From Nitrospira sp. (lineage in GTDB: Bacteria > Nitrospirota > Nitrospiria > Nitrospirales > Nitrospiraceae): a stretch of DNA of 64,000 bases. The translations under genes and the position numbers were made by a program. Below the pieces are notes generated by a model. The model was not told where the DNA came from, ran no database searches, and was given only the letters and a program-made list of their open reading frames with translations. Positions 1-9,450 of this stretch are shown piece by piece. Position 1 is the stretch's first letter; each line of letters starts with the position of its first letter. Where the stretch lies: contig AP038806.1 of the NCBI GenBank assembly GCA_047150005.1, forward strand, positions 3,424,001-3,488,000, read 5' to 3'.

Positions 1-923
1 GGCAAACCATCCGCCAAATTGCAGCAGCTCTGGATCGCGCGCCATCGACCATTCTGCGGGAACTGAGGCGCAATCGCGGCGCCCAGGTGGGCTATGCGCC
101 TGCCTATGCCCAGGAGCAGACCCGCAGCCGCCGCTGGCGCGGGAGTCGTCTGCTCCGGCAACCGGCGCTGCAGGCCCACGTCCTGCGCTGGTTGGGGCAG
201 GGCTGGTCGCCCGCTCAAGTCGCCGGCCGGCTCAAGCGCGACGGCTGCGCGCTGCGCATCAGCTCCGAGTCGATCTACCGCTTCATCGCCAGCCAGATCC
301 GCCGGACGAAAGACTATCGCTGGCGGCATTATTTGCCGCGGGGCAAAAGCAAACGCGGGTGGCGGGGGCGCAAAGGCGGCAGTGCCGTGGACCACATCCG
401 CAGCCGCGTCCCCATTAGCGAGCGACCGGCGGCGATCCAGCAGCGGCAGGACCCTGGCCATTGGGAGGCCGATCTGATGCTGTTTGTGAAATATGGCCAG
501 GCGGTCCTGGTGACGCAGGAACGCCGCTCGCGCGTGTTGGTGGCCAGCCGGCAACCCACGAAGGGGGCCCAGCCGGTGGCCGCCCGACTCACGGCGCTGT
601 TTGCCGCCCTGCCTCCGGCCCTGCGCCGGACCATCACGTTCGATAACGGCACGGAGTTCGCGTATCACGATCAGCTGCACCCGCTCGGCATGCGCACCTA
701 CTTTTGTGACCCGCATGCCCCGTGGCAAAAAGGGGGTATCGAAAACGGTATCGGCCGGATGCGCCGTGCCCTCCCCCGGAAAACTGACTTGGCCACGCTC
801 TCCACCCGCCGCTTGCTGGCGCTGGTGCGGGCGTATAATCACACCCCGCGCAAGTGTCTCGACTATGAGACACCGGCCGAGGTGTTTACTCGTGATCTGT
901 TGCACTTCAAATGTGACTCCACC
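1..923 (+). mobile_element. IS30-family element, left part outside the window
   Basis: Encodes an IS30 transposase. The right end (...gttgcacttcaaatgtgactccacc) abuts a REP-like hairpin; the exact end is approximate. Confidence 0.8.
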
Positions 924-944
924 TTCCCGCTTCCGCGGGAATGA
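3..944 (+). CDS. IS30-family transposase, 5' end truncated by the window
   Basis: Frame is open from nt 3 (QTIRQIAAALDRAPSTILRELRRN, HTH). IS30 DDE motifs GHWEADL, TITFDNGTEF, PWQKGGIEN, NHTPRKCL. Confidence 0.93.
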   Translation, partial: QTIRQIAAALDRAPSTILRELRRNRGAQVGYAPAYAQEQTRSRRWRGSRLLRQPALQAHVLRWLGQGWSPAQVAGRLKRDGCALRISSESIYRFIASQIRRTKDYRWRHYLPRGKSKRGWRGRKGGSAVDHIRSRVPISERPAAIQQRQDPGHWEADLMLFVKYGQAVLVTQERRSRVLVASRQPTKGAQPVAARLTALFAALPPALRRTITFDNGTEFAYHDQLHPLGMRTYFCDPHAPWQKGGIENGIGRMRRALPRKTDLATLSTRRLLALVRAYNHTPRKCLDYETPAEVFTRDLLHFKCDSTFPLPRE

Positions 945-945
945 C
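924..945 (-). repeat. REP/dRS3-like palindrome half-site (GTCATTCCCGCGGAAGCGGGAA)
   Basis: Hairpin ttcccgc-ttcc-gcgggaa followed by tgac. It supplies the transposase stop codon. Confidence 0.55.
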
Positions 946-1109
946 AGACTCCTGTGCTTCTGATGACAACTGACCCAATACCAACCAGTAGGGACACCTT
1001 GACGGACCGACTATCTCCATTCATGTTCGTCGCGCCATGCCCCTTTCATCGCTCTGGCTACCCTCGATCCTCTCCGTCCGCCGGCAAGAAGAGCATGGCA
1101 TGGACGGAG

Positions 1110-1412
1110 CTATTTCCGGTGGATCATAATGACCGGCCCTGCAGCACCATCATCACCAAGGATTCGTTGTACATAGACCGTCTCGACTGCGTCAGGTAAA
1201 TCGGACAAATCAAAGAGTTGTTGCTCCCTTGTTCCCAGGACACCACTCAGAATGTCCCAATTGCCATCCGAAGTTCCCACGCACAGATGGTTCACGCCAT
1301 CATGGCCATCCCAACGAATTCTGATCGGCTGCTTGAAATTCTTTTCCGATTCATCTTGGTCAGGATAGACAACCGTCTGAATTCCCAGGGCAAGGTCCTC
1401 TGCTGTTGCCAT
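1110..1412 (-). CDS. Small hypothetical protein, possible Ig/FN3-like beta-sandwich
   Basis: GAGGTG RBS before the ATG at 1412; motif RW..H..L.VGTSDGNWDILSG. Confidence 0.6.
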   Translation of the reverse strand: MATAEDLALGIQTVVYPDQDESEKNFKQPIRIRWDGHDGVNHLCVGTSDGNWDILSGVLGTREQQLFDLSDLPDAVETVYVQRILGDDGAAGPVIMIHRK

Positions 1413-1475
1413 ATTCACCTCGCTTCGTTATAGGAAATAGTTGGGTTGTTCTGGTCAATCTCACCGCAGTGCCAT

Positions 1476-1808
1476 TTACTGCATGCATGTAATAGTGGAG
1501 TAGACTCCGCCAGAATTCCAATTGCCAGCATTGTCCTGCCATTCCACGGTGGCATAGATTTTTCGATTGGAAAGATTGACATTAGGCTTTGCGAAATCAT
1601 CGTAAAGCTGCCCAAAAGGAACAGGGTTGCCGTTAGGGTTCCCTGGATACAGGTTATACCCAAACGGGGCCGAGCCAATCTTAAGTCTCCAGTGGGTCCC
1701 ATTGACGACTGGATTCGTGTTACTCCACGCGAAATGGTTTGGGTTTGACCCCATATAGGACATATGGTGGTGAATTCCCCCGTTTGGCGGATCAGTTAGT
1801 ACAGCCAT
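1476..1808 (-). CDS. Small hypothetical protein, possible Ig/FN3-like, similar to its neighbour
   Basis: AGGAGG RBS before the ATG at 1808; motif FAW...HWRLKIGSAPFGYNLYPG. Confidence 0.65.
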   Translation of the reverse strand: MAVLTDPPNGGIHHHMSYMGSNPNHFAWSNTNPVVNGTHWRLKIGSAPFGYNLYPGNPNGNPVPFGQLYDDFAKPNVNLSNRKIYATVEWQDNAGNWNSGGVYSTITCMQ

Positions 1809-1905
1809 TGCAACCTCCTTCATGATAGTGAAATGCGACTAAGGCCTTCGTCTGCCCGTATTTGGTGCGTCTTACCACCGCATAAAATTCTTCACACGAA
1901 GAGTG

Positions 1906-4900
1906 TCATGAAGTGCAATCGGATGACACACCATCGGGAAATCCCTGCTTGAGGAATCCCGGCGGAGCGATCCGCCGTAAGGAAATAATTAAGGTGTTGC
2001 CGTCTAGCAGCGGGGGTGCCTGAGTGACATTTCCAGCAGGAGATTCTAGCGTTATCCCAGCCAAGGGACTGGTGAGCCACCCGCCCGGCTCGGTCGGAAG
2101 TGTGTCCCGTCCCGCAACGACGAAGCTGCTGACTTCGCCACGGGCGATCGCGGCGCAGCGCTGGCTGAGTAACGCAGTCACTTGTAACGGGGCTTTGCCG
2201 AGCGGCTGAATCTTGCCGCCGGCCGGCGCAATCGGCGCCTGGATCGTGACCGTGCCGTTCACGCCGGATTGCGAAGACGCGCTCACGACACTGGTGGCAT
2301 CCGGCAGGAAGGTGCCCCCGTTCGTAATATTGATCAAGATATTACCGCCGGGCCCCTGTTGGGCCTGGGCGAGAATCTGACTGTTTTGGAGAATGACGAA
2401 CTGCGGGTCGAGGCTCACGCTCCCGCCGCCGCCCGTGCCGTCGAGCACCGACGCGCTGATCGTGCTGTTGGACAGGTCCACCGTGCCGCTGGGATTCGTC
2501 GTGATCTTGATGATGCCGCCGCTCGATTGATTCGCCTCGGTCGTGATCGTGCTGTTGGTCATCGCGAACTGATTGCCGGCCGTGATCTGAACACTTCCCG
2601 CGTTGCCCGTTCCCGTGCTGTTGGCGGAGATGCTCGCGCCATTGGTCATGATGAACGACTGCCCGGCCGTGATCCCGATATCGCCGCCGGCTGCGCCGCC
2701 GGTTGTGCTGGTGAGAATACGGCCGCCGTTCTCGATCATCACAGTCGGGGCCGAGAGCGTAATCTGCCCCGCGTGACCGGTTGCGCCGGAGTCGCTGCTG
2801 CTGCTGATCGCCGTGGAGGATCCTGAGATGAGAGCCTGCTGAGTCGCTGCAATGGTGATCGCCCCGGCTGCCCCGGCGCCGAAGGTATCGGCGTTTATAG
2901 TGGCATGATCGGTGAGGGTGAATTGGCCGGCGTGAATGCTGATGTCTCCGGCGGTTCCGTCTGCCGCTGTCAGACTGTGGACCCGGCTGGCTCCCGAGAT
3001 CGTGACGCTCTCGGCCGAACTCCCTGGGCCATCGAGTCCCCGCAACGTGACCGTACCGCCATGACCTGAACCAGATGTGACCGCAAAGAGATCCGCACCC
3101 GCTCCTTGTGAATTAATTCGCTGACCCTCTAGGAGGATGTTCCCAGCATTTCCAGCCCCGGACGTGGACGTGCTCAGGACTGCTCCGTCGACAGTAATCG
3201 TCGGAGCTCTGAGCAGGATATTGCCGCCCAACCCGGATCCGCCTACGGTATCGGTGTTTAAAAAAGAATTCACTGCAGTGATCTGTTGGGTCGCCCGCAG
3301 GGCAATATTGCCGGCATTACCCGCCGTGTTGTCACCTGCGGAACTCAGTGCGTTGATAGTGGACAGTCCAGACAAATTGATTGTGGCGGCGTTCACCTGA
3401 ATGTCGCCTCCGTGGTTTGAGCCCGAGGTCGTGGCCGAGAGCGTGCCGCCGTCGGAGAGCGTGACGGAGTCGGCATTGACAAAGATATTGCCACCTGCGC
3501 CCGCAGCCTGGGTGTCGGTGAAGATGCCGCTGCCGGCGCCGGTGATGAGTACGGACTGGGCCGGACTGGCGAGTCCCTCAATGGTGATACTGCCGGCGTT
3601 GCCGGGGCCGCTGGTGCTGGCTGAAACTTGCGCACCCTCCGAAATGGTGACGGAATTTCCGGCTAGCAGGGTAATGTTGCCGCCGGATCCCCCGGCTGAA
3701 CTGGTCGCGAAAACTCCGCTGGGGTTGCCGTCGGCAGTTGTACCGGCGATTGCGATCTGACCCGCGCGGACCGTGATATCGCCTCCTGTTCCCGCACTAT
3801 TGGTGCTGCTATCGATGCGGCCGCCTTGGCTCAGGTTCAACGTCTCGGTGGTAATCGATGTGAGTCCGGCGTTTCCACAAGGGCCGGTGCAGAATTCGCT
3901 CTGGACGGTACGCGAATAGATGCCGCTGGCGAGGCTGGTCACAATGTCAAAGAGCGGCCCTTCGATGGCGGGAAATGGGCGCGCCCCATCGATCACGATG
4001 GTATCTGCCGCCACTGTGATGTGGCCCCCATTTCCGTTCGATGATGTACTCGCGTCAAACCGCGCCCCCCCCCGTAGTTCCAGGGCGGACGTATTGACTC
4101 TAATTTCTGCGGCATTGCCGGTACCGATGTTGGACGTCGTGAAGAGTCCGCTCGGCCTGTTCGGAGCCGCTTCCCCGGGATCATCCGAAAAGGTAAGACG
4201 CTCCGTAGCGGTAAACGTAATGTTGCCAGCGTTTCCCTCTCCAAATGTACTGCTCTGCACGGTGCTTCCATTGGTGAATCGTCCAATTCTTCCATTGAAG
4301 ATGATGCCGCCTCCACTTTCGGCGACGGTGGTGGTGTCGATCTGTGATTCATCCAGGGAGAGAGTATCCGCAGTGATTCGGACTGTGCCGCTTCTTATTC
4401 TTCCAGAGGATGAGAGGGCGCTGCTCTTCGTGAGCTGAACATCCCGGCCTGAAATGGTGATATCACCGCCTCGGCCGGCGAAGAAGCCGTCTGTCACCAG
4501 AAACGCATCGGTCAGCTGTATGGTCTCGGCATTCACGGTCAGATTGCCGCCTGACCCAGCCGCTTCCTCGAATAAATTGTTTGCGACAAAATCACCCGTA
4601 TTGATACTGGCGTGCTGGATGTCGATATTCTTGGCAGTCAGCGTCACATTGCCTCCGTGACCTCCTGCCGGCCCGATCGTGCCGCTGTCGATGAAGAAGA
4701 TAATCCCGGATTGATCGCTCGATGCCGCGATGGTGTCCGTCGCCGTAATGGTGACGTCCCCGGCTTTGCCGGCACCGGACGTATGTGTGTCAATGACGGG
4801 GACGACGAAGTTGTCGACCGCCGAACCTGCTACGTTCAGATTTTGTGATGTGATGCGGATTTCCCCGGCGTCGCCTGAACCGGTGGTTCTTGCGGTGAGA

Positions 4901-5928
4901 GCCGGAACGTCCACGGTCGAGACAGACACATCCCCCGTCGCATGAATATCGATGGCAATCGGCGCACCATTGCCAGTGCCGGTGTCGACGGCGATCGACG
5001 CATGGTCTATCACTAGCTGGCCACCTCGAATACGAACGGTTCCCGCCGAGTCGGCCGAAACGTCGAGCAACGTCCCTTGGGTAAGACTTACATTCCCTCT
5101 TGTCATGCCCGCGGCGGGCATGAAATCGACGGACGTAACTTCGCCTGCCGCAGCCACGCTTGCGATATTGATCTGCCCGCTCGGCGCAGACAACCTGCCG
5201 GACTGGATGGTGACATTTCCCCCGACCAATGAAATGCCGGTTCCGTCTGATACCGTCAGATGACTGCCCTGGATCGCAATCGCGGCGGGGTTCGAGCCAA
5301 GAAATCCAAACGCAGCGACGTTGGCAGTTGTGAGAACACTATTGCTCGCAGGATTGGCGTAAAACACCCCCGCCACACCATTGCTTTCGGCAAACTTCAG
5401 ATAATCGGCCGTCGTGAAGGTCGCCATCCCGCCGATGTTTAAGGTTGCAGTCGGGCCGAAAATCACGCCAGCGGGATTCATGAGAAAGAGATTGGCTCCG
5501 GGATAGTAGGTGGCGCTGTCGATCGCGCCGAAAATGCTGGACGGACTGCCACCGGTCACCCGACTGAGGATGTTGCTCATGCTCGAATTGACCGAGAGAT
5601 TGTTCGTTTGAAACTGCGCGATATCACCGGAGCCGACGCTGAATTGATTGAAGCTGTGAAAGAGGTTGCTCCCTACCGTCTGGCCCCCCTTGATGCCGTA
5701 GACATTGCCGCTCGAGGTCACTTGGGTCCCGAGGTCACCTGCGCCGGTCGTGCGCGTGATGGAGGATGCCGCCTCGGCAAGCGTGCCTAGACTTTCAGGG
5801 TGCGAGATTGCTATAGAAAAGAAGAGCCCTGCGCTGACCACGCGGACGGCACAAGTCACCACATATGAGGACGCAAGCGACAGCCGGGTTGCCCTTCTCG
5901 CTTCAGGCAGGAAGTTCCTGAGTTTCAT
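1906..5928 (-). CDS. Filamentous hemagglutinin family / TpsA-like protein 1 (1340 aa)
   Basis: Signal peptide; TPS domain (NLFHSF, NILSRVTGG, NPAG); G/S/T-rich beta-helix repeats; C-terminal LLSQRC..SSFVVAGRDTLP.EPGGWL.SPL domain. Confidence 0.92.
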   Translation of the reverse strand: MKLRNFLPEARRATRLSLASSYVVTCAVRVVSAGLFFSIAISHPESLGTLAEAASSITRTTGAGDLGTQVTSSGNVYGIKGGQTVGSNLFHSFNQFSVGSGDIAQFQTNNLSVNSSMSNILSRVTGGSPSSIFGAIDSATYYPGANLFLMNPAGVIFGPTATLNIGGMATFTTADYLKFAESNGVAGVFYANPASNSVLTTANVAAFGFLGSNPAAIAIQGSHLTVSDGTGISLVGGNVTIQSGRLSAPSGQINIASVAAAGEVTSVDFMPAAGMTRGNVSLTQGTLLDVSADSAGTVRIRGGQLVIDHASIAVDTGTGNGAPIAIDIHATGDVSVSTVDVPALTARTTGSGDAGEIRITSQNLNVAGSAVDNFVVPVIDTHTSGAGKAGDVTITATDTIAASSDQSGIIFFIDSGTIGPAGGHGGNVTLTAKNIDIQHASINTGDFVANNLFEEAAGSGGNLTVNAETIQLTDAFLVTDGFFAGRGGDITISGRDVQLTKSSALSSSGRIRSGTVRITADTLSLDESQIDTTTVAESGGGIIFNGRIGRFTNGSTVQSSTFGEGNAGNITFTATERLTFSDDPGEAAPNRPSGLFTTSNIGTGNAAEIRVNTSALELRGGARFDASTSSNGNGGHITVAADTIVIDGARPFPAIEGPLFDIVTSLASGIYSRTVQSEFCTGPCGNAGLTSITTETLNLSQGGRIDSSTNSAGTGGDITVRAGQIAIAGTTADGNPSGVFATSSAGGSGGNITLLAGNSVTISEGAQVSASTSGPGNAGSITIEGLASPAQSVLITGAGSGIFTDTQAAGAGGNIFVNADSVTLSDGGTLSATTSGSNHGGDIQVNAATINLSGLSTINALSSAGDNTAGNAGNIALRATQQITAVNSFLNTDTVGGSGLGGNILLRAPTITVDGAVLSTSTSGAGNAGNILLEGQRINSQGAGADLFAVTSGSGHGGTVTLRGLDGPGSSAESVTISGASRVHSLTAADGTAGDISIHAGQFTLTDHATINADTFGAGAAGAITIAATQQALISGSSTAISSSSDSGATGHAGQITLSAPTVMIENGGRILTSTTGGAAGGDIGITAGQSFIMTNGASISANSTGTGNAGSVQITAGNQFAMTNSTITTEANQSSGGIIKITTNPSGTVDLSNSTISASVLDGTGGGGSVSLDPQFVILQNSQILAQAQQGPGGNILINITNGGTFLPDATSVVSASSQSGVNGTVTIQAPIAPAGGKIQPLGKAPLQVTALLSQRCAAIARGEVSSFVVAGRDTLPTEPGGWLTSPLAGITLESPAGNVTQAPPLLDGNTLIISLRRIAPPGFLKQGFPDGVSSDCTS

Positions 5929-5944
5929 ACTTCACCCTCATGGT

Positions 5945-6349
5945 TCACATACAAGCACAATCACACCGACCGTTATCCTTATTCCAGGTGGTCTTACAAG
6001 TCTTGTTGGGGTAGAAGCTGCAGTTAGCCTGACCGGGGTTGGTGCACTTCTTATTTTGTCCACCGGTCCAGGTGCACTTCTCGGTGCCCGGCAGGCTTTC
6101 CAGCGTATCGCCGGTGGGTTGACCAGAATTGTTGATGACCACGGAGTTGCTTGGAGCGTCGCTATTCACCGCCACGTCGGTCTTTTGGCAGGGAGCCCCA
6201 GGTTCTTCCGACCCACCGGGCTTTGCTTCACCACAGTTCACCATCACTGATTGCGTAATGGGACTATGGCACCCTTGGAGGGCAATGAGGAAAGCTACGG
6301 CTACTGTCCAGCGGACCATGCCAACTATTCGGACGGGGACGCTCTTCAT
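5945..6349 (-). CDS. Cys-rich lipoprotein A (9 Cys after the lipobox, C-terminal GRCDCAC)
   Basis: Hydrophobic signal ending in LQGC; GGAGG RBS; paralogs at 21883 and 32215. Confidence 0.8.
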   Translation of the reverse strand: MKSVPVRIVGMVRWTVAVAFLIALQGCHSPITQSVMVNCGEAKPGGSEEPGAPCQKTDVAVNSDAPSNSVVINNSGQPTGDTLESLPGTEKCTWTGGQNKKCTNPGQANCSFYPNKTCKTTWNKDNGRCDCACM

Positions 6350-6398
6350 TGGCTACCTCCTGATCGTGTTAGGAATGATCCGGGTTCTCTGTGACGCA

Positions 6399-7136
6399 TT
6401 ATCCCGGATTGTGCTCATCATGGGCCCTCGCTTGTTGGGCAAGTAGCGCGAACACCACCGCGGCTTCCACTGGGACCCCTTCCGTCAACCCGTACAATTG
6501 CCTCGTCGCCAACGGTGTCAACTTGAGAGTTTCATCGGGATGATCGCCCAAGAAGTGTAGGTTCAGAACGGGGAACCAGACCACGAAATCCGAGTCTGAC
6601 TTCTTATGACGCATCACCAATGTGATGAGTTGTTGCAGCCCGTAAGCCGTGGTTGTGAAATCCTGCGTTTCCATAACGCGCGACACGACCAGAGACGAGC
6701 GGACTTGACCCGCGACGCTCAAGGGATAGAGACGAGATTCAAGCTGACTGATCAAAGGAGCGACTTTATCCCCAGGCTTGTACTCACGTATTCGGGTGAG
6801 ACCGATGGTATAGATATCAATCGGCTTGCCAATGTGAACGTTTGAGGCATCCTCCACTTTATCGAAACCGAGAAGCTTTGAGTTGGCGGAGTTAATCAGC
6901 GACTTGAATTTGGAACATCCTTCCAATGCTTTCATATTCCACTTTTTCAAATCTTCCGTAGGTGGCGATTGACCCGTCGTAGCCGTAAGCGGCGACGGTG
7001 GTGTGACGGCCGTGGAGCCGGGGGAAGGGACTTGTCCTGGACCAGGCAGGCACGGCACAGGCTGTGCCGACGCGTATGAACCAATCTGGCCCATCAGGAT
7101 TCCCAGAACAAAGATCATCATTCGCACGGTACGCAT
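6399..7136 (-). CDS. Secreted protease-partner protein
   Basis: Signal peptide; homologous to 22357..23076 (LGF; YP/FP..G.VR.S..V; F.V..P.L...FLG; A..VF..L). Confidence 0.8.
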   Translation of the reverse strand: MRTVRMMIFVLGILMGQIGSYASAQPVPCLPGPGQVPSPGSTAVTPPSPLTATTGQSPPTEDLKKWNMKALEGCSKFKSLINSANSKLLGFDKVEDASNVHIGKPIDIYTIGLTRIREYKPGDKVAPLISQLESRLYPLSVAGQVRSSLVVSRVMETQDFTTTAYGLQQLITLVMRHKKSDSDFVVWFPVLNLHFLGDHPDETLKLTPLATRQLYGLTEGVPVEAAVVFALLAQQARAHDEHNPG

Positions 7137-7157
7137 GCCGGCATCCCTCCTCAAGTC

Positions 7158-7790
7158 TCACCTTGCAATGTCGTAGTAGGTTCTCCAATGTTCATAGGAC
7201 CCATCCGCCGCTACACCGAATAAATGTTTGAATTTCAGAATGGCAGGGCCACGGAATCCATCGGGGTCAATCACCAACACGAACTGTTCGCCATCTTCGT
7301 CAAGTTGGTAACCGATCACCGTCCCCATATGGCCCCCACCCGAAACGAATTTAATGGCAACGGCAAGGGGGAGACCACTGTCGATCTGCGCTACAACCTG
7401 ATCCCAGCTCAAAGGTCGGCTTGTCTGCTTGGACTGAAATCCATAGCGCTCAAAATGAGGCCAGCCCGAACGATTGCAAAGCGGACTCTCAGGGTCATCG
7501 CAACAGGTCGAAGGGTCGCTTTTCCCCGGAAAGCTGTCATCGGCCTGGATGCATTGAAGCCACTGAGGTTGCCCATGGAATGTCATGATCATGTCCGCAG
7601 TGGCTGCCCAACACCAACGGTCGCTCTTTTGCTTTTTGAAAAACCTCGCCCCGGCATCCGGATCGTCTCCGAAGACAAATTTGTAATACAACGGACGCTC
7701 ATTTTCGGGGGTTGCCGGCTGTCCGAGGGCATGGGAACCCCCTAAGAGCACGGCGACTGTCACGAGGCCTGCGCAAGTCTTTCGCATCAT
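7158..7790 (-). CDS. Secreted papain-like cysteine protease (C39-like / C70 AvrRpt2-like)
   Basis: Signal peptide; QKSDRWCWAA (Gln, Cys), GGGHMGTVIGY (His), VIDP (Asp). Confidence 0.85.
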   Translation of the reverse strand: MMRKTCAGLVTVAVLLGGSHALGQPATPENERPLYYKFVFGDDPDAGARFFKKQKSDRWCWAATADMIMTFHGQPQWLQCIQADDSFPGKSDPSTCCDDPESPLCNRSGWPHFERYGFQSKQTSRPLSWDQVVAQIDSGLPLAVAIKFVSGGGHMGTVIGYQLDEDGEQFVLVIDPDGFRGPAILKFKHLFGVAADGSYEHWRTYYDIAR

Positions 7791-7808
7791 GTGAGGCTCC
7801 TGTTCTTT

Positions 7809-7898
7809 TCAAAAGCACGAGAGATCGTCAAAACGCCTTTCCGAGAAGTGCTGAGCAGGGGGGAGGGGATCACTCTTTCGGTGAAGGTAAGACGTCAT
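7809..7898 (-). other. 29-aa upstream ORF MTSYLHRKSDPLPPAQHF..., homologous to the N-terminal leaders starting at 24153 and 35140
   Basis: Manual translation; matches MTLHLHRNSRPSPPAQQ in the other modules. Confidence 0.4.
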
Positions 7899-7938
7899 GA
7901 AGTGGTATCCCGTTTCGCCTAGGTGCTAATCAGCCGCC

Positions 7939-7982
7939 TACCTATGCTTATAATGAAAATCCCGCAATAACCCTTTCGGCTA
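7939..7982 (-). promoter_or_regulatory. Module promoter: imperfect palindrome plus TTG..-N17-TAGGTA
   Basis: TAACCCTTTCGGCTA next to TTGCGG-17-TAGGTA; same spacing in 4 copies. Confidence 0.55.
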
Positions 7983-8178
7983 GGGGCGATGGCCTCTGCT
8001 CCTCCATCTCTAGCTGTAGCAGTAAGATCTCCGTGTCACCCCACAGCTTGTAAAAGCCGTATTATCTGGTTCGTCTCGTTTGTGCGGTCTGTCTTACTTC
8101 ATCCTCATTCAGCATCGACTCCGTTCATAGCTCAGGACGCTGCACTCAGCACGCAGCACTCAGAGCTCATGACTGCTT
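7965..8178. repeat. About 210-bp direct repeat, near-identical to 41566..41779
   Basis: Direct sequence comparison; the six-frame ORFs at 7989 and 41590 share their N-terminal translation. Confidence 0.9.
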
Positions 8179-8180
8179 CC

Positions 8181-8267
8181 CTAGGCCTGCCAGATGATCT
8201 CGATGACGATGTAGACCAGCGCCGCCATGAGAGTGTTGGCGAGAAACAAGCTCATTCCGATGTCCAT
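8181..8267 (-). CDS. 28-aa single-TM peptide, copy 1 (MDIGMSLFLANTLMAALVYIVIEIIWQA)
   Basis: GAGG RBS; five copies of identical length in the window. Confidence 0.7.
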   Translation of the reverse strand: MDIGMSLFLANTLMAALVYIVIEIIWQA

Positions 8268-8608
8268 GATTGCCTCGGTGACGATTCGGTTCACTGCTGC
8301 CCTCGCGAGAGTGCAATGGGTAGACCAATGAGAGATTTGACGCGAGTCAACGGCAGGTGAAGCGTGAGATCGCAGTGTGGACAATGAGATCTGCCGGTGC
8401 GGGGATTCACAGCATGGCGACAGAAGGATCTAGCGCGATCAGGCCGAAAGGACCTAAAAGCATTCGCGATGGATCGAAAGTGATTCAGTAGACAAGGTCG
8501 CGATAGTGGGATGAGAAAAGCCTCAATACGGGAGACTGGAGATCGAGGGGTTAAGAAACCCCGTGTATGCCTGACAGCCAGCCACGTGGCAATTCGAATT
8601 TCTGGATG

Positions 8609-8711
8609 TCAGGACGTGCAGTCCGTGACCCAATCCTCTGCGAGGAGCTATGCCACTTTGCTCGGGGAGGGGAGCCGGCGCAACGAAACGAGCAGCGACC
8701 CTTCGGAGTGA
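8609..8711 (-). pseudogene. Orphan TpsA 3'-tail remnant
   Basis: Translates SEGSLLVSLRRLPSPSKVA*LLAEDWVTDCTS*, matching the tails of the 14422 and 28104 genes. Confidence 0.85.
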
Positions 8712-8743
8712 CCCTGCTGAGCCTCGGCGAGAAACTGACCAGA

Positions 8744-8772
8744 TTGACATACAGCCATAACAGCAGTATGGT
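8744..8772 (+). promoter_or_regulatory. Sigma70 promoter of the vapBC pair, probably leaderless
   Basis: TTGACA-17-TATGGT, 7 nt before the ATG at 8780; overlapping ccata/tatgg inverted repeat. Confidence 0.7.
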
Positions 8773-8779
8773 TTTCCAT

Positions 8780-9007
8780 ATGAAGACCACGTTGAATATT
8801 GATGCATCCGTCATGGCCAGGCTGAAGCGGGAAGCGGTGCGGCAGGGCCGGACCATGTCGGAGCTGGTCGAGACCGCGTTGCGGGCCCTTCTTCGCGCAC
8901 AGAAAACACGGCACGCTCTTCCACCTTTGCCGTCCTTCAAGAGCGGTGGCCAGCTCGTGGACGTAGCTGACAGAGACGCGTTGTATCAAGCGATGGAAGG
9001 GCGGTAG
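8780..9007 (+). CDS. vapB: VapB-like ribbon-helix-helix antitoxin
   Basis: MKTTLNID...GRTMSELVETALR; overlaps the start of a PIN gene. Confidence 0.85.
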   Translation: MKTTLNIDASVMARLKREAVRQGRTMSELVETALRALLRAQKTRHALPPLPSFKSGGQLVDVADRDALYQAMEGR

Positions 9008-9450
9008 TGTTTGTCGTCGATACGAACGTCCTGATCTATGCGGCCGATGAGGACTCCTCCCCCCATCTGCAGTGCCGAAGGTTGCTGGATGAGTGGCGCC
9101 AACAGGCGTCGGTTTGGTGCGTGACCTGGGGCATCCTGTACGAATTTCTCAGAGTCGCGACACACCCACGGGTCTTACGAACTCCATGGATTGCCAGCCA
9201 GGCCTGGCGATTTGTCGATGTGCTATTGGCCTCTCCAGGGCTCGAGGTGCTCGTTGAGAGCGAACGTCATGTGGCGATTGCCGATCAGGTGTTGCGCCAG
9301 GTACCTCAGCTAGCAGGTAACCTTCTGCACGATGCGCACACTGCGATCTTGATGCGAGAACATGGGATTCGTCGGATCTACACCAGGGACACCGACTTTC
9401 ACCGCTTCCCGTTTCTTGAAGTGATCGATCCCCTTCAAGCGTCCGCCTAG
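9007..9450 (+). CDS. vapC: VapC PIN-domain toxin
   Basis: VVDTNVL, EFLRV, DAHTA, TRDTDF. Confidence 0.9.
   Translation: MFVVDTNVLIYAADEDSSPHLQCRRLLDEWRQQASVWCVTWGILYEFLRVATHPRVLRTPWIASQAWRFVDVLLASPGLEVLVESERHVAIADQVLRQVPQLAGNLLHDAHTAILMREHGIRRIYTRDTDFHRFPFLEVIDPLQASA

Noticed and set aside
5945..7790. Cys-rich proteins plus C39-like protease as a classical RiPP/bacteriocin cluster
   Set aside because: The proteins have lipoboxes rather than double-glycine leaders; no ABC transporter or modifying enzyme is present.
7965..8075. c-di-GMP or other riboswitch in the conserved GCCGAAAGG region
   Set aside because: No convincing conserved stems by eye; the position upstream of a -35-like element fits a DNA site better. 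An Rfam scan was not run.
8268..8384. 67-aa extended version of the peptide ORF (also 24885 and 35872)
   Set aside because: The RBS and cross-copy conservation begin at the internal MD start.
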